NCBI GenBank assembly: GCA_029856045.1
Contig: JAHQWG010000009.1
Coordinates: forward strand, 1 to 54,017
From: Promethearchaeia archaeon
GTDB lineage: Archaea > Asgardarchaeota > Lokiarchaeia > Sigyniarchaeales > SOKP01
Length of the DNA: 54,017 nt
Direction: 5' to 3'
The position numbers were made by a program, and so were the translations under genes. The notes under the pieces are model-generated. The model was not told the DNA's origin and did not search any database. It saw only the letters and a list, made by a program, of their open reading frames with translations. Below, piece after piece: positions 19,917 through 29,621 of this stretch; the first letter of the stretch is position 1; every line of letters starts with the position of its first letter.

Positions 19917-20726
19917 TTATTTTAAGATTTTAATTAAATCAGTAGCTTTATTTAAGACAATATCTGGTTTAATTTCTGATTTTTCAATCATTTCTCGAGA
20001 TGTCTCACCCGAGAATACACAAATAGTAGTTACCCCTGCTTCTTTTCCCATTCTTATGTCAGTATACAATCGATCTCCAACAATTACGGCATCTTTTGGA
20101 GATATTTTTAATTCTCTTAATTTAAATAGAAGCATTTCTTTATTTGGCTTACCGAAAATTTTCGGTTTTTTGCCCGTTGCCTCATATAATAAAGAAATTA
20201 TTGCTCCTGCATCGGGGATATATCCTTTTCTTGTAGGACATACTTTATCAGGATGAGTGGCAATGTAAGGCAAGTTATCCTGTAAAAAATATGAAACTTT
20301 AACAAGTTTCTCATATGTAAGTTCTTTATCAAAACCTAAAACAACAATTTCTGGATCCTTATCTGTAATTTCAAATCCTTCTTCGATAAATTCAGATTGC
20401 AAAGATTTCGTTCCAAGAAGATAGATTTTTTTAACTTTTTTTTTTTTTAAATATTGTATCGTTGGGTGCGTTGATAAAATAATATTTTCAATATTAATAT
20501 CTAATCCTAACTTCTCCAATTTAAGGAGATATTCTTTAGTAGAAATACTTGAATTATTTGATAAAAAGAAGATTTTTTTATCAAGAGATTTCAATTTATT
20601 AATTAGATTTAGAATTCCTTCAAATAGTAAATCTTCTAAATAGAGAGTACCATCTAAATCAAAAAAATAAACTTTTTTATTTTTTAAAAGTTCAAAGATT
20701 TCATTAAAAGTCGTTTTTGTTTCCAT
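19917..20726 (-). CDS. HAD-superfamily subfamily IIA hydrolase (NagD-like)
   Basis: FDLDGTLY, FLSNNS, ATHPD, PDAG, GKP, VGDRLYTDI, SGE. Confidence 0.92.
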   Translation of the reverse strand: METKTTFNEIFELLKNKKVYFFDLDGTLYLEDLLFEGILNLINKLKSLDKKIFFLSNNSSISTKEYLLKLEKLGLDINIENIILSTHPTIQYLKKKKVKKIYLLGTKSLQSEFIEEGFEITDKDPEIVVLGFDKELTYEKLVKVSYFLQDNLPYIATHPDKVCPTRKGYIPDAGAIISLLYEATGKKPKIFGKPNKEMLLFKLRELKISPKDAVIVGDRLYTDIRMGKEAGVTTICVFSGETSREMIEKSEIKPDIVLNKATDLIKILK

Positions 20727-20879
20727 TTAAGTTTACTAAACTATAATTATTTATATAACATATAAAAAAAGGATAAAAATTTGATATTGAATTAATATTG
20801 AAAAATTAATATAATTTAATTAAATTCATTTCTTTAGATTTAAATAGAAATAACATATAAATTATTTTTTCTAATCACA

Positions 20880-22574
20880 ATGACCCTAACAAATAGAATT
20901 TCACCCGAAGATAGAAGAAAATCCTTAAAACAATTACTTAACAAGAAAAATTTAATAAGAATTATAGAAGCTCATAATGGGCTTAGTGCAATAATTGTGA
21001 ATAATATAAAAGAAAAAGTTGGAGATGAAATTCTTGAATTTGATGGAATTTGGGTTAGTAGTTTAACAGAAAGCGCAGCTAAAGGATACCCTGATGCAGA
21101 TATAATTGGAATTGAATCAAGATATGAAACTATTAGGCAAATATTAAATAGCTCAAATAAACCATTAATTGTAGATGGTGATACTGGAGGAGAGGCAACA
21201 AATTTTGAATATTTTGTAAGATCTTTAGAAGATATGGGAGTTTCAATGGTTATCATAGAGGATAAGAAATTTCCAAAAAGAAATAGTTTGGATCCTGGTG
21301 CTAAACAAACACAAGAAGATCCCGATATATTTGCATTGAAAATTAAAAGAGGGAAAAATATTCAAATAACCTCTGATTTTATGATTGTTGCAAGGATTGA
21401 AAGCTTAATATCGGGTTCGGGACTAAGAGACGCATTGTATAGAGCTAAGAAATATCTACAAGTTGGAGCAGATGGGATAATGATACATTCCAAGGACACT
21501 AATCCTAAAGAAATATTTGATTTCGCAATAGAGTATAATAAATTATCTAGGGAGTTAGGAATCAATAAACCATTAGTTTGTGTTCCAACAACCTATAATA
21601 CTGTAACAGAACATGAATTGAAAGATAAAGGTTTTAATATTGTTATATATGCAAATCATATATTGCGTTCAGCTCATAAAGCAATGAAAAAAGCCGCATC
21701 AATTATTCTAAAGAATCAAAGGGGCTTAGAAGTTGAATCTGTATGTAGTCCAGTTAATAATATTTTTAAAGATGTTGGATTCTTAGAAGTAAAAGAAAAA
21801 GATTTGAAATATGATATCGGTAAGATAAGAGTTATTATTCCTGCGGCAGGTAAAGATCCCAATTTTAACATTCCAAAATCGATGATAAATATAAAAGGAA
21901 AATCAATCCTTCAAAGACAAATAAACATTTTAAACCGTTGTGGAATTAAAGATATCAATGTAATTAGAGGTTATAAAAAAGATCTTATCAATGTAGAAGG
22001 AGTTCAATATATTGATAATAATAAATATTTAACAACCTTCATATTACATTCATTATTTAAAGCCGAAGATAATATGAAAAACGGCTTTATCTATATAAAC
22101 TCTGATATAATATTTAATGACCAAATTATAAACAATTTATTGAATTCTAAAGGAGATATTGTTTTAGTAGTAGATAATTCCTATTTTTATCATAAACATG
22201 AAGTTGATAAGAAACTCGATTTAGTTTTGACTAAAAATAAACCCAACAAAGAGTTCAGGAGATTATACCAAAAAGAAAATGAAATAATAAGAATTGGTAA
22301 AACATTAGATAAAAATATGGCAGATTATGAATTTGTGGGGCTTACTTATTTTTCTGAATACAGTGTGGATATTATTAGAAAAATATATCATGATTGTAAA
22401 ATAAATCATGAAGGTCCATTTCATGAAGCTGTTTCATTTGAAATGGCATCATTTACTGATTTTATTCAAGAAGTAATTGACAGAGACTTTAAAGTGAACG
22501 TATTAGAGGTATATAAGGGATGGATTGAAATTCACAATAAAAAGGATATTGAGATTGCTGAGAGGATAATATGA
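20880..22574 (+). CDS. aepX: Phosphoenolpyruvate mutase fused to C-terminal NTP-transferase (PntC/LicC-like cytidylyltransferase)
   Basis: EAHNGLSA, FDGIWVSS, DGDTG, PEP mutase signature EDKKFPKRNS (EDKx5NS), ARIES, GADGIMIHS, VPTTY, IYANH; C-terminal IIPAAG...PKSM...GYKK...SDIIF...WIEI. Confidence 0.93.
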   Translation: MTLTNRISPEDRRKSLKQLLNKKNLIRIIEAHNGLSAIIVNNIKEKVGDEILEFDGIWVSSLTESAAKGYPDADIIGIESRYETIRQILNSSNKPLIVDGDTGGEATNFEYFVRSLEDMGVSMVIIEDKKFPKRNSLDPGAKQTQEDPDIFALKIKRGKNIQITSDFMIVARIESLISGSGLRDALYRAKKYLQVGADGIMIHSKDTNPKEIFDFAIEYNKLSRELGINKPLVCVPTTYNTVTEHELKDKGFNIVIYANHILRSAHKAMKKAASIILKNQRGLEVESVCSPVNNIFKDVGFLEVKEKDLKYDIGKIRVIIPAAGKDPNFNIPKSMINIKGKSILQRQINILNRCGIKDINVIRGYKKDLINVEGVQYIDNNKYLTTFILHSLFKAEDNMKNGFIYINSDIIFNDQIINNLLNSKGDIVLVVDNSYFYHKHEVDKKLDLVLTKNKPNKEFRRLYQKENEIIRIGKTLDKNMADYEFVGLTYFSEYSVDIIRKIYHDCKINHEGPFHEAVSFEMASFTDFIQEVIDRDFKVNVLEVYKGWIEIHNKKDIEIAERII

Positions 22575-23707
22575 TTACTTCTTTTGAATTATATAATATA
22601 TTTAAAAAATACGAATTGACCTTCTTTACGGGGATTCCAGATTCTACATTTGCAGATTGGATGTTTTTTTTAGCAGACCATGATGAAAAATTATTAATAA
22701 ATATTATTGCTTGTAATGAATGTGAATCTATTGCAATATGTGTAGGATATTATTTAGCAAGTGGTAAAATTGGGGTTGCTTATATGCAAAATGCTGGTTT
22801 TGGAAAAACAATAAATCCATTGACATCGCTTTGTAACCCAGAACTCTATTCAATTCCTGTTTTATTAATGATTGGATGGAGAGGAGAGCCTGGAAAGTTA
22901 GATGAACCCCAACATAAAAAGATGGGAAGAATTATGAATTTATTATTAAAAGATTTAGAAATTCCTTATGTAATTTTGCCTTCTGATATTGGAGGTATTG
23001 AGAGGGAAATAAAAAAAGCAAAAAATTACTTGGAAACAAATAAAGCTCCTTATGCACTAATAATTAAAAAAGGGATTATTAAAAATAAAAAATCGAAGGA
23101 AAATTTATTATTAAATTATGAAATGACAAGGGAAATGGCTTTAAAATTAATTATTGATAAATTCGATCAAAATGAAATAATTATTAGTACAACAGGTAAA
23201 ACTTCAAGAGAACTTTATGAATATAGAGAAGGCTATAATAAAATTCACAAAAAGGATTTTTATATGGTTGGATCTATGGGTTGTGCAGCATCGATAGGAC
23301 TTGGTATTGCACTTCAAAAAAAAGGTAGAAGAGTGATTGTTATAGATGGTGATGGGGCTCTTATTATGCAGATGGGAGCGTTAGCAACAATTGGAAATAA
23401 ATCTCCCCCTAATTTGATTCATATTGTTTTTGATAATGAAGCACATGATTCAACAGGAGGACAACCAACAGTTTCCCCATCCTTAAATTTAAAAGAAATT
23501 GCTTTAAATTGTAATTATAAATATTCTACATTAATAAAATCAAAAAGTCAATTAATATTTGAATTGGATAAGGTTAAAAAATTAGATGGTCCTTCAATGT
23601 TAGTTATTAAAGTAAAAAAAGGGTCTCGAAAAGATTTGGGAAGACCAAAAACCTCTTTTATCAAACTTAAAAATAATTTTATCAGATATTTAGAAGATAA
23701 TGATTGA
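22571..23707 (+). CDS. aepY: Phosphonopyruvate decarboxylase (ThDP-dependent)
   Basis: FFTGIPDS, YMQNAG, NPLTSL, IGWRGEPG..DEPQH, STTGKTSREL, VGSMG, DGDG, HDSTGGQPT, LGRP. Confidence 0.93.
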   Translation: MITSFELYNIFKKYELTFFTGIPDSTFADWMFFLADHDEKLLINIIACNECESIAICVGYYLASGKIGVAYMQNAGFGKTINPLTSLCNPELYSIPVLLMIGWRGEPGKLDEPQHKKMGRIMNLLLKDLEIPYVILPSDIGGIEREIKKAKNYLETNKAPYALIIKKGIIKNKKSKENLLLNYEMTREMALKLIIDKFDQNEIIISTTGKTSRELYEYREGYNKIHKKDFYMVGSMGCAASIGLGIALQKKGRRVIVIDGDGALIMQMGALATIGNKSPPNLIHIVFDNEAHDSTGGQPTVSPSLNLKEIALNCNYKYSTLIKSKSQLIFELDKVKKLDGPSMLVIKVKKGSRKDLGRPKTSFIKLKNNFIRYLEDND

Positions 23708-24836
23708 ATATATTGGAAAAAATTCTATTAAACATTTGCAATCAATAATAAAAAAATATTCTTTTAAAAATATATTTCTTGTAACGGGTAAAAAATCGTT
23801 TGAAATATCTAAAGCAAAAAAAATAGTAATGAATGTTCTGAAAGATTGCAATATCATGCGGTTTTTTAATTTTTCACCCAATCCCAAGATTGAAGATATA
23901 AAAAAAGGATTAGAACTTTTTAAAAAGGATAGATATAATGTAATTATAGCGGTTGGTGGAGGTTCTGTAATAGATATTGCTAAAAGTATTGCAATTTTTT
24001 CTACAAATAATGGAATGATTGAAAAATATATTAAAAAAGAAATAAATGTTGAAAAAAATGGACCTCCACTAATTTGCATCCCAACTACTGCTGGTTCTGG
24101 AAGTCAAGCAACTCATTTCGCAGTTATATATATAAACAAAAAAAAATATTCTTTAGGACATCCCACCTTTATGCTTCCAGATTATAGTATTGTTGATCCA
24201 CAATTTACTTATAGCTTACCTCCAAAAATTACTGCCTCAACAGGTATGGATGCTTTATCTCAAGCGATTGAATCATATTGGAATATAAATTCTACCAAAG
24301 AATCAAAAAAATATGCAGAAAAAGCAATAAAATTAGTTGTGAATAATCTAGTTAAGGCGGTTAATAATCTAAATAAAGAATCAAGACGAAATATGTCTAT
24401 AGCAGCACATTATGCAGGTAAGGCAATAAATATTACTAAAACTACGGCTTGTCATGCAATATCATATCCTATTACTTCATATTTTAATGTTCCACATGGT
24501 CATGCAGTTGCATTAACTCTTCCAAATATGTTTATCTATAATTCAGAAGTAAATGAAATTGACATTCTAGACCCTCGAGGATTAGATTATGTCAAAAAAA
24601 CAATGAAAAAATTAGAAACAATTATTGGAGTATCTACATCTTTCGAAGCTAAACTAAAAATTGAACAGATAATGCTAAAAATTGGATTGGAAATTAAGTT
24701 AAATAAATTGGGAATCAAAACACAAGAAGATATAGAATTAATTATAAAAAATGGATTCAATCCTGAACGTGTAAAAAATAACCCAAGAAAACTAACAGAA
24801 GAGAATTTAAGAAATATTTTAGAAGAAATTAAATGA
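23700..24836 (+). CDS. Fe-dependent alcohol dehydrogenase, probable phosphonoacetaldehyde reductase (2-hydroxyethylphosphonate-forming)
   Basis: GGGSVIDIAK, PTTAGSGS.ATHFAV, DALSQAIESYW, GKAINITKTTACHAISYP, PHGHAV; overlaps directly downstream of ppd. Confidence 0.85.
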   Translation: MIEYIGKNSIKHLQSIIKKYSFKNIFLVTGKKSFEISKAKKIVMNVLKDCNIMRFFNFSPNPKIEDIKKGLELFKKDRYNVIIAVGGGSVIDIAKSIAIFSTNNGMIEKYIKKEINVEKNGPPLICIPTTAGSGSQATHFAVIYINKKKYSLGHPTFMLPDYSIVDPQFTYSLPPKITASTGMDALSQAIESYWNINSTKESKKYAEKAIKLVVNNLVKAVNNLNKESRRNMSIAAHYAGKAINITKTTACHAISYPITSYFNVPHGHAVALTLPNMFIYNSEVNEIDILDPRGLDYVKKTMKKLETIIGVSTSFEAKLKIEQIMLKIGLEIKLNKLGIKTQEDIELIIKNGFNPERVKNNPRKLTEENLRNILEEIK

Positions 24837-25564
24837 AGGTAATAATTTTAAACGCAGGCATTGGAAAACGATTACAACCAATAACAAACAAGATACCAAA
24901 ATGTCTCATTGAAATATCTAAAAATTTAACAATTCTTGATTATCAACTTAAGAACGTTATAGAGTGTAAATTAAATGATCTAATTATTCTCACAGGAGCA
25001 TTTGAAGATAAAATAAAAGCACATATTAAAAAAAATTACAATTCGTTAAAAGTTAAATATGTTTATAATCCAAAATACGAAAAAACAAATTACATCTATT
25101 CGATGTATCTTACTAAAGAGATAATTGACGAAGATGTAATATTATTTCACGGAGATTTGATATTTTCAAATTTATTATTAAAAAAAATTATAAAATCAAA
25201 ATTATCGAATTGTGTTTTAATAAATAAAAAACTACATCCTAAAAAAGATTTTAAGGCATATATTGTTTCTGATAGAGTTTTAAAAATTGGTGTTAATATT
25301 TTCGGTCCTAATTCGGCCTTTTTAGCGCCATTATATAAATTAACAAAAAATTTTTTTAAAAAATGGTTAAATCAAATTGAAAAATTTGTACTGGCTAATA
25401 GATTAAATGTTTATGCTGAAGATGCTTTAAATAAAATTTTAGAACAAGTGATTTTGAACCCATTATATTTTAATGAAAGAAATTGTATGGAAATTGATGA
25501 TTTTGAAGATTTAAATTTAATTCGAAATCTTATGAAAAATGTAGATTTCCGTAATAATCACTAA
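24833..25564 (+). CDS. LicC/PntC-like nucleotidylyltransferase (probable phosphonate cytidylyltransferase)
   Basis: ILNAGIGKRL.P.T..IPKCL, NPKYEKTNYIYS, HGDL, MEIDDFEDL; ATGA overlap with the ADH gene. Confidence 0.85.
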   Translation: MKVIILNAGIGKRLQPITNKIPKCLIEISKNLTILDYQLKNVIECKLNDLIILTGAFEDKIKAHIKKNYNSLKVKYVYNPKYEKTNYIYSMYLTKEIIDEDVILFHGDLIFSNLLLKKIIKSKLSNCVLINKKLHPKKDFKAYIVSDRVLKIGVNIFGPNSAFLAPLYKLTKNFFKKWLNQIEKFVLANRLNVYAEDALNKILEQVILNPLYFNERNCMEIDDFEDLNLIRNLMKNVDFRNNH

Positions 25565-25590
25565 ATTCAATATCTATTTAATTTTATTAA

Positions 25591-26796
25591 TTATTTTATT
25601 CTTAGATTCAATAACTTGGCAACACGCTCACATGATTTGTCATCGATATATTTATTAAAAAGATCTCTAATTTTATTTCTTTTAGATTCATATTTGTGTG
25701 CCAATTCGGATATATTTTTTAAATAGTAAATCAATTCTCGACCATTTTTAGCAATTGGACCGGGGGCAATTTTCTCATAGTCTTTATAATACATCCCCCG
25801 TTGCTTCTGATATAATTCTAAATCATAGGCAAAAACAATAATAGGTTTTTGAAGAATTGAAAAATCGTGCATAATAGAAGAATAATCAGAGATTAATATA
25901 TCTGTTATTAACAATAATTCTTGTGTGTCAGAATATTTATCTGGTATAATCAATCCTCTTAAATCTTTTAAGTCAAAAGCTTCAATAAAAATATGAGCTT
26001 TATAAATTAAGATTGAATTAGATTCTTCCAAAAAGTTTTCTAATTCTAGTAATTCTTCTTTTGAAAAAGGCATTTTACCAACAAAGTCTTCTCGGAAAGT
26101 TGGAGCATACGTTATGATGTTTTTAATCCCTTCTGGAACTCTAAATTTTTGTTTTAATTTTTTTATTTCTTCTTTCTTTTTATTAAGAAGAAAATCATTT
26201 TGAGGTAAGCCAGTTATTTTGATTTTTTTTTGAGGAATTTTAAATGCCGATTTGAAATTTTTTTTGATTTCTTCCGATGGAGACAATAAATAGGTCAAAT
26301 CTTTTACGAGTTTTTTTAATACTATATAATTATATCGATTACCAAGGAATTTAAGAGCATCAAAACCAATTTTCTTCATTGGATTTCCATGCCAAGTAAG
26401 TATTATTTGAGTTTGAGGAGAAAATTCTATAGGTAATATATCACCCTCACCATGAGTAATAAAAATACAGCGAGCAGAACGTAATTTAAAAAATGCTTTG
26501 AGTGAAAATGCATAGAGAGAATTAAAACCCTGTTCTTGAAGATGTTTTACAATTTCTTTAGATCTTGAGATCCAGAGACATTTATAATTAGAATATTTAT
26601 TAAAATAGAGAAAAAGATATTTTGTATTACCCAAAAATGCTTTACCAAGATTCCCACCAAAAATCAATAAATCTTTGTCAATTTTAGGTCTTATAAAGAT
26701 TGATATGATTTTTAATATTTTTAAAAATGAAATCTTTACTCTAGATAAATTAATATTAGTAATATTAAAAATATCAATTAGCCTTTTTGAAATCAT
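25591..26796 (-). CDS. CDP-glycerol:glycerophosphate transferase family protein (TagF/TagB-like)
   Basis: GNTKYLF, TWHGNPMKKIG, TGLPQND, YAPTFRE, TDILISDYSSI..DF, YDL..Y...RG, PGP. Confidence 0.88.
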   Translation of the reverse strand: MISKRLIDIFNITNINLSRVKISFLKILKIISIFIRPKIDKDLLIFGGNLGKAFLGNTKYLFLYFNKYSNYKCLWISRSKEIVKHLQEQGFNSLYAFSLKAFFKLRSARCIFITHGEGDILPIEFSPQTQIILTWHGNPMKKIGFDALKFLGNRYNYIVLKKLVKDLTYLLSPSEEIKKNFKSAFKIPQKKIKITGLPQNDFLLNKKKEEIKKLKQKFRVPEGIKNIITYAPTFREDFVGKMPFSKEELLELENFLEESNSILIYKAHIFIEAFDLKDLRGLIIPDKYSDTQELLLITDILISDYSSIMHDFSILQKPIIVFAYDLELYQKQRGMYYKDYEKIAPGPIAKNGRELIYYLKNISELAHKYESKRNKIRDLFNKYIDDKSCERVAKLLNLRIK

Positions 26797-26954
26797 ATAA
26801 TAGTTTTAAAATTTTTTCTAATGTTTATTTTTCTTATTTATTTTAAGAATATTAAAATTAATTATAACTTATTTTTTCTAAAAGTTAATTTCCAATATTC
26901 AATAAAAAGTTCTATCATTTTAATATAGTTTTTTATAAAATAATGATTTTCATC

Positions 26955-28610
26955 TTACGGTATCATATTTGGAGGTGGGGTTTTTAGACAAAATCCACAT
27001 TTACCAAATGAAGAAATTGTTTGATCCCAACAATGTTTATGATATAATCTTTCACAGTACGGACATTCCGTTCGACATTGATTACCATCAGCAGACGCAA
27101 TAGGTAATTTACATGCACCGTCTGGACATTGAATCTGATGACAAATTACACACGAAATAACCGAAACTTCAAAAATCTTTTTAGATATTGCATTAAATAA
27201 ATCAATCAGATATGTAAAAGGCGTCCAGTCATTAAAAAATTGCTGAATAGATGCTTCAAGTTTCTTTTTTATTGGCTCGTGGGTCTCATCTTCAAATTCA
27301 TTTAATACTTTAAGTTCGGGAGGATTCATAGGATAATTTGTGGGTAAAATTGCTTGAAATTCAAAAATTACATTCTCGGTTTTCATTTTACCTTTCATTT
27401 TAAGATTAATTGTATTTGTGAAAGCGTCAAATTGAAGCTCATCAATGCCACCTTTTAACAAATTAATCTCAAAATTTACTCTCGAATTTTTATCGACTAA
27501 CCAAGATATTTCTCGTAAAATGTCCACTACTTCTGATTGTTTAGATATCCAACTCTTGATTGAGTCTAACTGAGAAGGAGAAATTTGTATTAAACTATTT
27601 AATTCTGGGCTATATTGCAAAACGGGTGGGTTTGGATATTTGCTAATATCTATCTCTAAATCATATTCTTTAAATCCATAGGTAAGTAAATGAACGTTCA
27701 ACTTTGAAATATTTCCCTCTATTGGCTCAGCTTGATATTCTCCTGATATTTTTTTGAATTGCATTTCAATATCTTTTACGAAAAATAATTTACTTTCGAT
27801 TTCTCGTATTAACTCTACAATATGTGGAGGTGATTTTGAGTTCCATTTTTTAAGCAAATCAAGTTCTTTCTTTGGTTCTACTAAAAGATTTATTATTTCT
27901 TCTGGAAATGTAATGATGGGTTTTTCAGGGTAGTTATTGAAATTAATCTCGATGATAAATGTTTTTTCTAAGGTAATTGTGAGATATACGTTGATATCTG
28001 CTTTATTTTTTTCTATTTGATCAATTGGGTATTCCATTTGGATTAATCCTAATTCTGTAGTGACTTTTAAAGGCATAGTTAATGATTCTTCAGTAAAAGA
28101 TTGCATTTCTGGTTTTGGGGGTTGAAGAGATTCTTCCTTCGTTTTTTCTTCTTCATAATAGTCAGGAGTAATGAACGAGTCTTTTTGAAGAGATATTTCT
28201 TCTGCAGGATATTTGGAATAATCTGGAGTAATAAAATCTTCTGATTTCTGGGATTCTTCAACAAGAGGTTGAATATGACCTAAATCTTCTTCAATTTTTG
28301 CCGTTCCACTTAAAGCACTTTGAATTTTTCCTTTTAATTCTTTTATTATATCAACAACTCTTGAATCAGGAGTCCAATTTTTCTCTTTATCAAGATTTAT
28401 ATCTCCTAATAAATCTTTTATCTCTTGATGAGGTATTATTTGAGGAGGGGCATGAGGAAAAGTTTCATCAAATTTCACTTCTATAATGAATTTTTGTTTT
28501 GAGCTTTCATATACAGCTCCATATAAATGAGCAATATTTCCAGATACCATCCAAAAAGAAAATTGTGATGCGATAATTTGAGCTTCTTTTAAAATTCTCT
28601 GTTTTTCCAT
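26955..28610 (-). CDS. Tandem UBC-like (UEV/RWD) domain protein with C-terminal RING-variant Zn finger; candidate E3 ligase
   Basis: Four (F/Y)Pxx(x)P motifs, each followed by a W(T/N/I)(P/S) helix motif; C-terminal CVIC...CPYC.RLYHKHC...CGFC. Confidence 0.7.
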   Translation of the reverse strand: MEKQRILKEAQIIASQFSFWMVSGNIAHLYGAVYESSKQKFIIEVKFDETFPHAPPQIIPHQEIKDLLGDINLDKEKNWTPDSRVVDIIKELKGKIQSALSGTAKIEEDLGHIQPLVEESQKSEDFITPDYSKYPAEEISLQKDSFITPDYYEEEKTKEESLQPPKPEMQSFTEESLTMPLKVTTELGLIQMEYPIDQIEKNKADINVYLTITLEKTFIIEINFNNYPEKPIITFPEEIINLLVEPKKELDLLKKWNSKSPPHIVELIREIESKLFFVKDIEMQFKKISGEYQAEPIEGNISKLNVHLLTYGFKEYDLEIDISKYPNPPVLQYSPELNSLIQISPSQLDSIKSWISKQSEVVDILREISWLVDKNSRVNFEINLLKGGIDELQFDAFTNTINLKMKGKMKTENVIFEFQAILPTNYPMNPPELKVLNEFEDETHEPIKKKLEASIQQFFNDWTPFTYLIDLFNAISKKIFEVSVISCVICHQIQCPDGACKLPIASADGNQCRTECPYCERLYHKHCWDQTISSFGKCGFCLKTPPPNMIP

Positions 28611-28690
28611 AATTAATCAAAAAATTTTCTTTAAATTCACTAATTATGTATTAAAATCGAACTTCTGGAATAAAAATATATGTGAAATGG

Positions 28691-29590
28691 CTATAAATTT
28701 TTATGCTCTTTCATAAAATTTAGACCTTCATCTAAATTTAAGATTTTCAATTTATTTCCTAATATTTTTTTGAGCTTAGATATGTTTAATGAACCATTTT
28801 TCGGTCTAATGGCTTTTTGTTTAAAAAAATCAATTGGGTGGATTAATTCTTTTGAAAAATTAAAAATTTCAGCACATTTTACTGCAATTTCATATCGACT
28901 TAGTGCACAATCTCCAGCAGTATGAATAATCCCTGATTTATTATAATCAATTAAATGGAGTAAAATTTCCGCCAAGTTATTTGCTAAGGTTGGTGAATTT
29001 ATTTGTTCAGTAACAATATCTATTTTATTTCCATTTTCTAGATTATTTAATATCCAAGTTATGAAATTTTGCCTATACAGATACCAACCATACAAAACAG
29101 CAGTTCTACAAATCAAATAATCAACTCCTGTTTTTATTATGTGTTTTTCACCTTCAAGTTTTGTATTTGCATAATGGCTTAATGGCTTCGGTTCATCTAT
29201 TTCTGAATAATCTCCTTTTTTCCCGTCAAATACAAAATCTGTTGAGAGGTACATCATTTTTGAATTAATTTTTTTACATCCCAAAGCCACATTTTCAGGA
29301 CCAAGAATATTTAAATTATAAGCAAGTTTCTTCTCATCTTCACATTTATCGACATCAGTGTAGGCTGCAGTTAAAATAACAGTGTCTGGGTTTATTTCTT
29401 TTATAGTCTCGATAGTTTTTTCTCTTTTTGTTATGTCAATTCTATTAAAGTTAATTTCTTTTGGGATTGTATTATTTTGAATGTCTGCAGCAATTGGAAT
29501 AAATTTATGGCTGTAGAGTTCATTTAGAATATAGTAAATTAATTTACTCCCTAAAAACCCATTTGCTCCTATTATTAGTACTTTCTGCAA
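28691..29590 (-). CDS. rfbD: dTDP-4-dehydrorhamnose reductase
   Basis: GANGFLG, AAYTDVDKCE, STDFVFDG, YANTKLEGE, SPT, RPKNGSL. Confidence 0.92.
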   Translation of the reverse strand: MQKVLIIGANGFLGSKLIYYILNELYSHKFIPIAADIQNNTIPKEINFNRIDITKREKTIETIKEINPDTVILTAAYTDVDKCEDEKKLAYNLNILGPENVALGCKKINSKMMYLSTDFVFDGKKGDYSEIDEPKPLSHYANTKLEGEKHIIKTGVDYLICRTAVLYGWYLYRQNFITWILNNLENGNKIDIVTEQINSPTLANNLAEILLHLIDYNKSGIIHTAGDCALSRYEIAVKCAEIFNFSKELIHPIDFFKQKAIRPKNGSLNISKLKKILGNKLKILNLDEGLNFMKEHKNL

Positions 29591-29621
29591 GATTTCTTAA
29601 AACCAATTTTTTGTAAAATAT

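Noticed and set aside
20436-20448. 13-T homopolymer in the HAD gene as a phase-variation tract
   Set aside because: Encodes an in-frame LKKKK; long A/T runs are common in this AT-rich sequence.
20880-25564. Methylphosphonate or antibiotic phosphonate pathway
   Set aside because: No MpnS/HEPD cupin, tailoring enzymes or exporter in the cluster; cytidylyltransferases plus a TagF-like gene point to surface modification.
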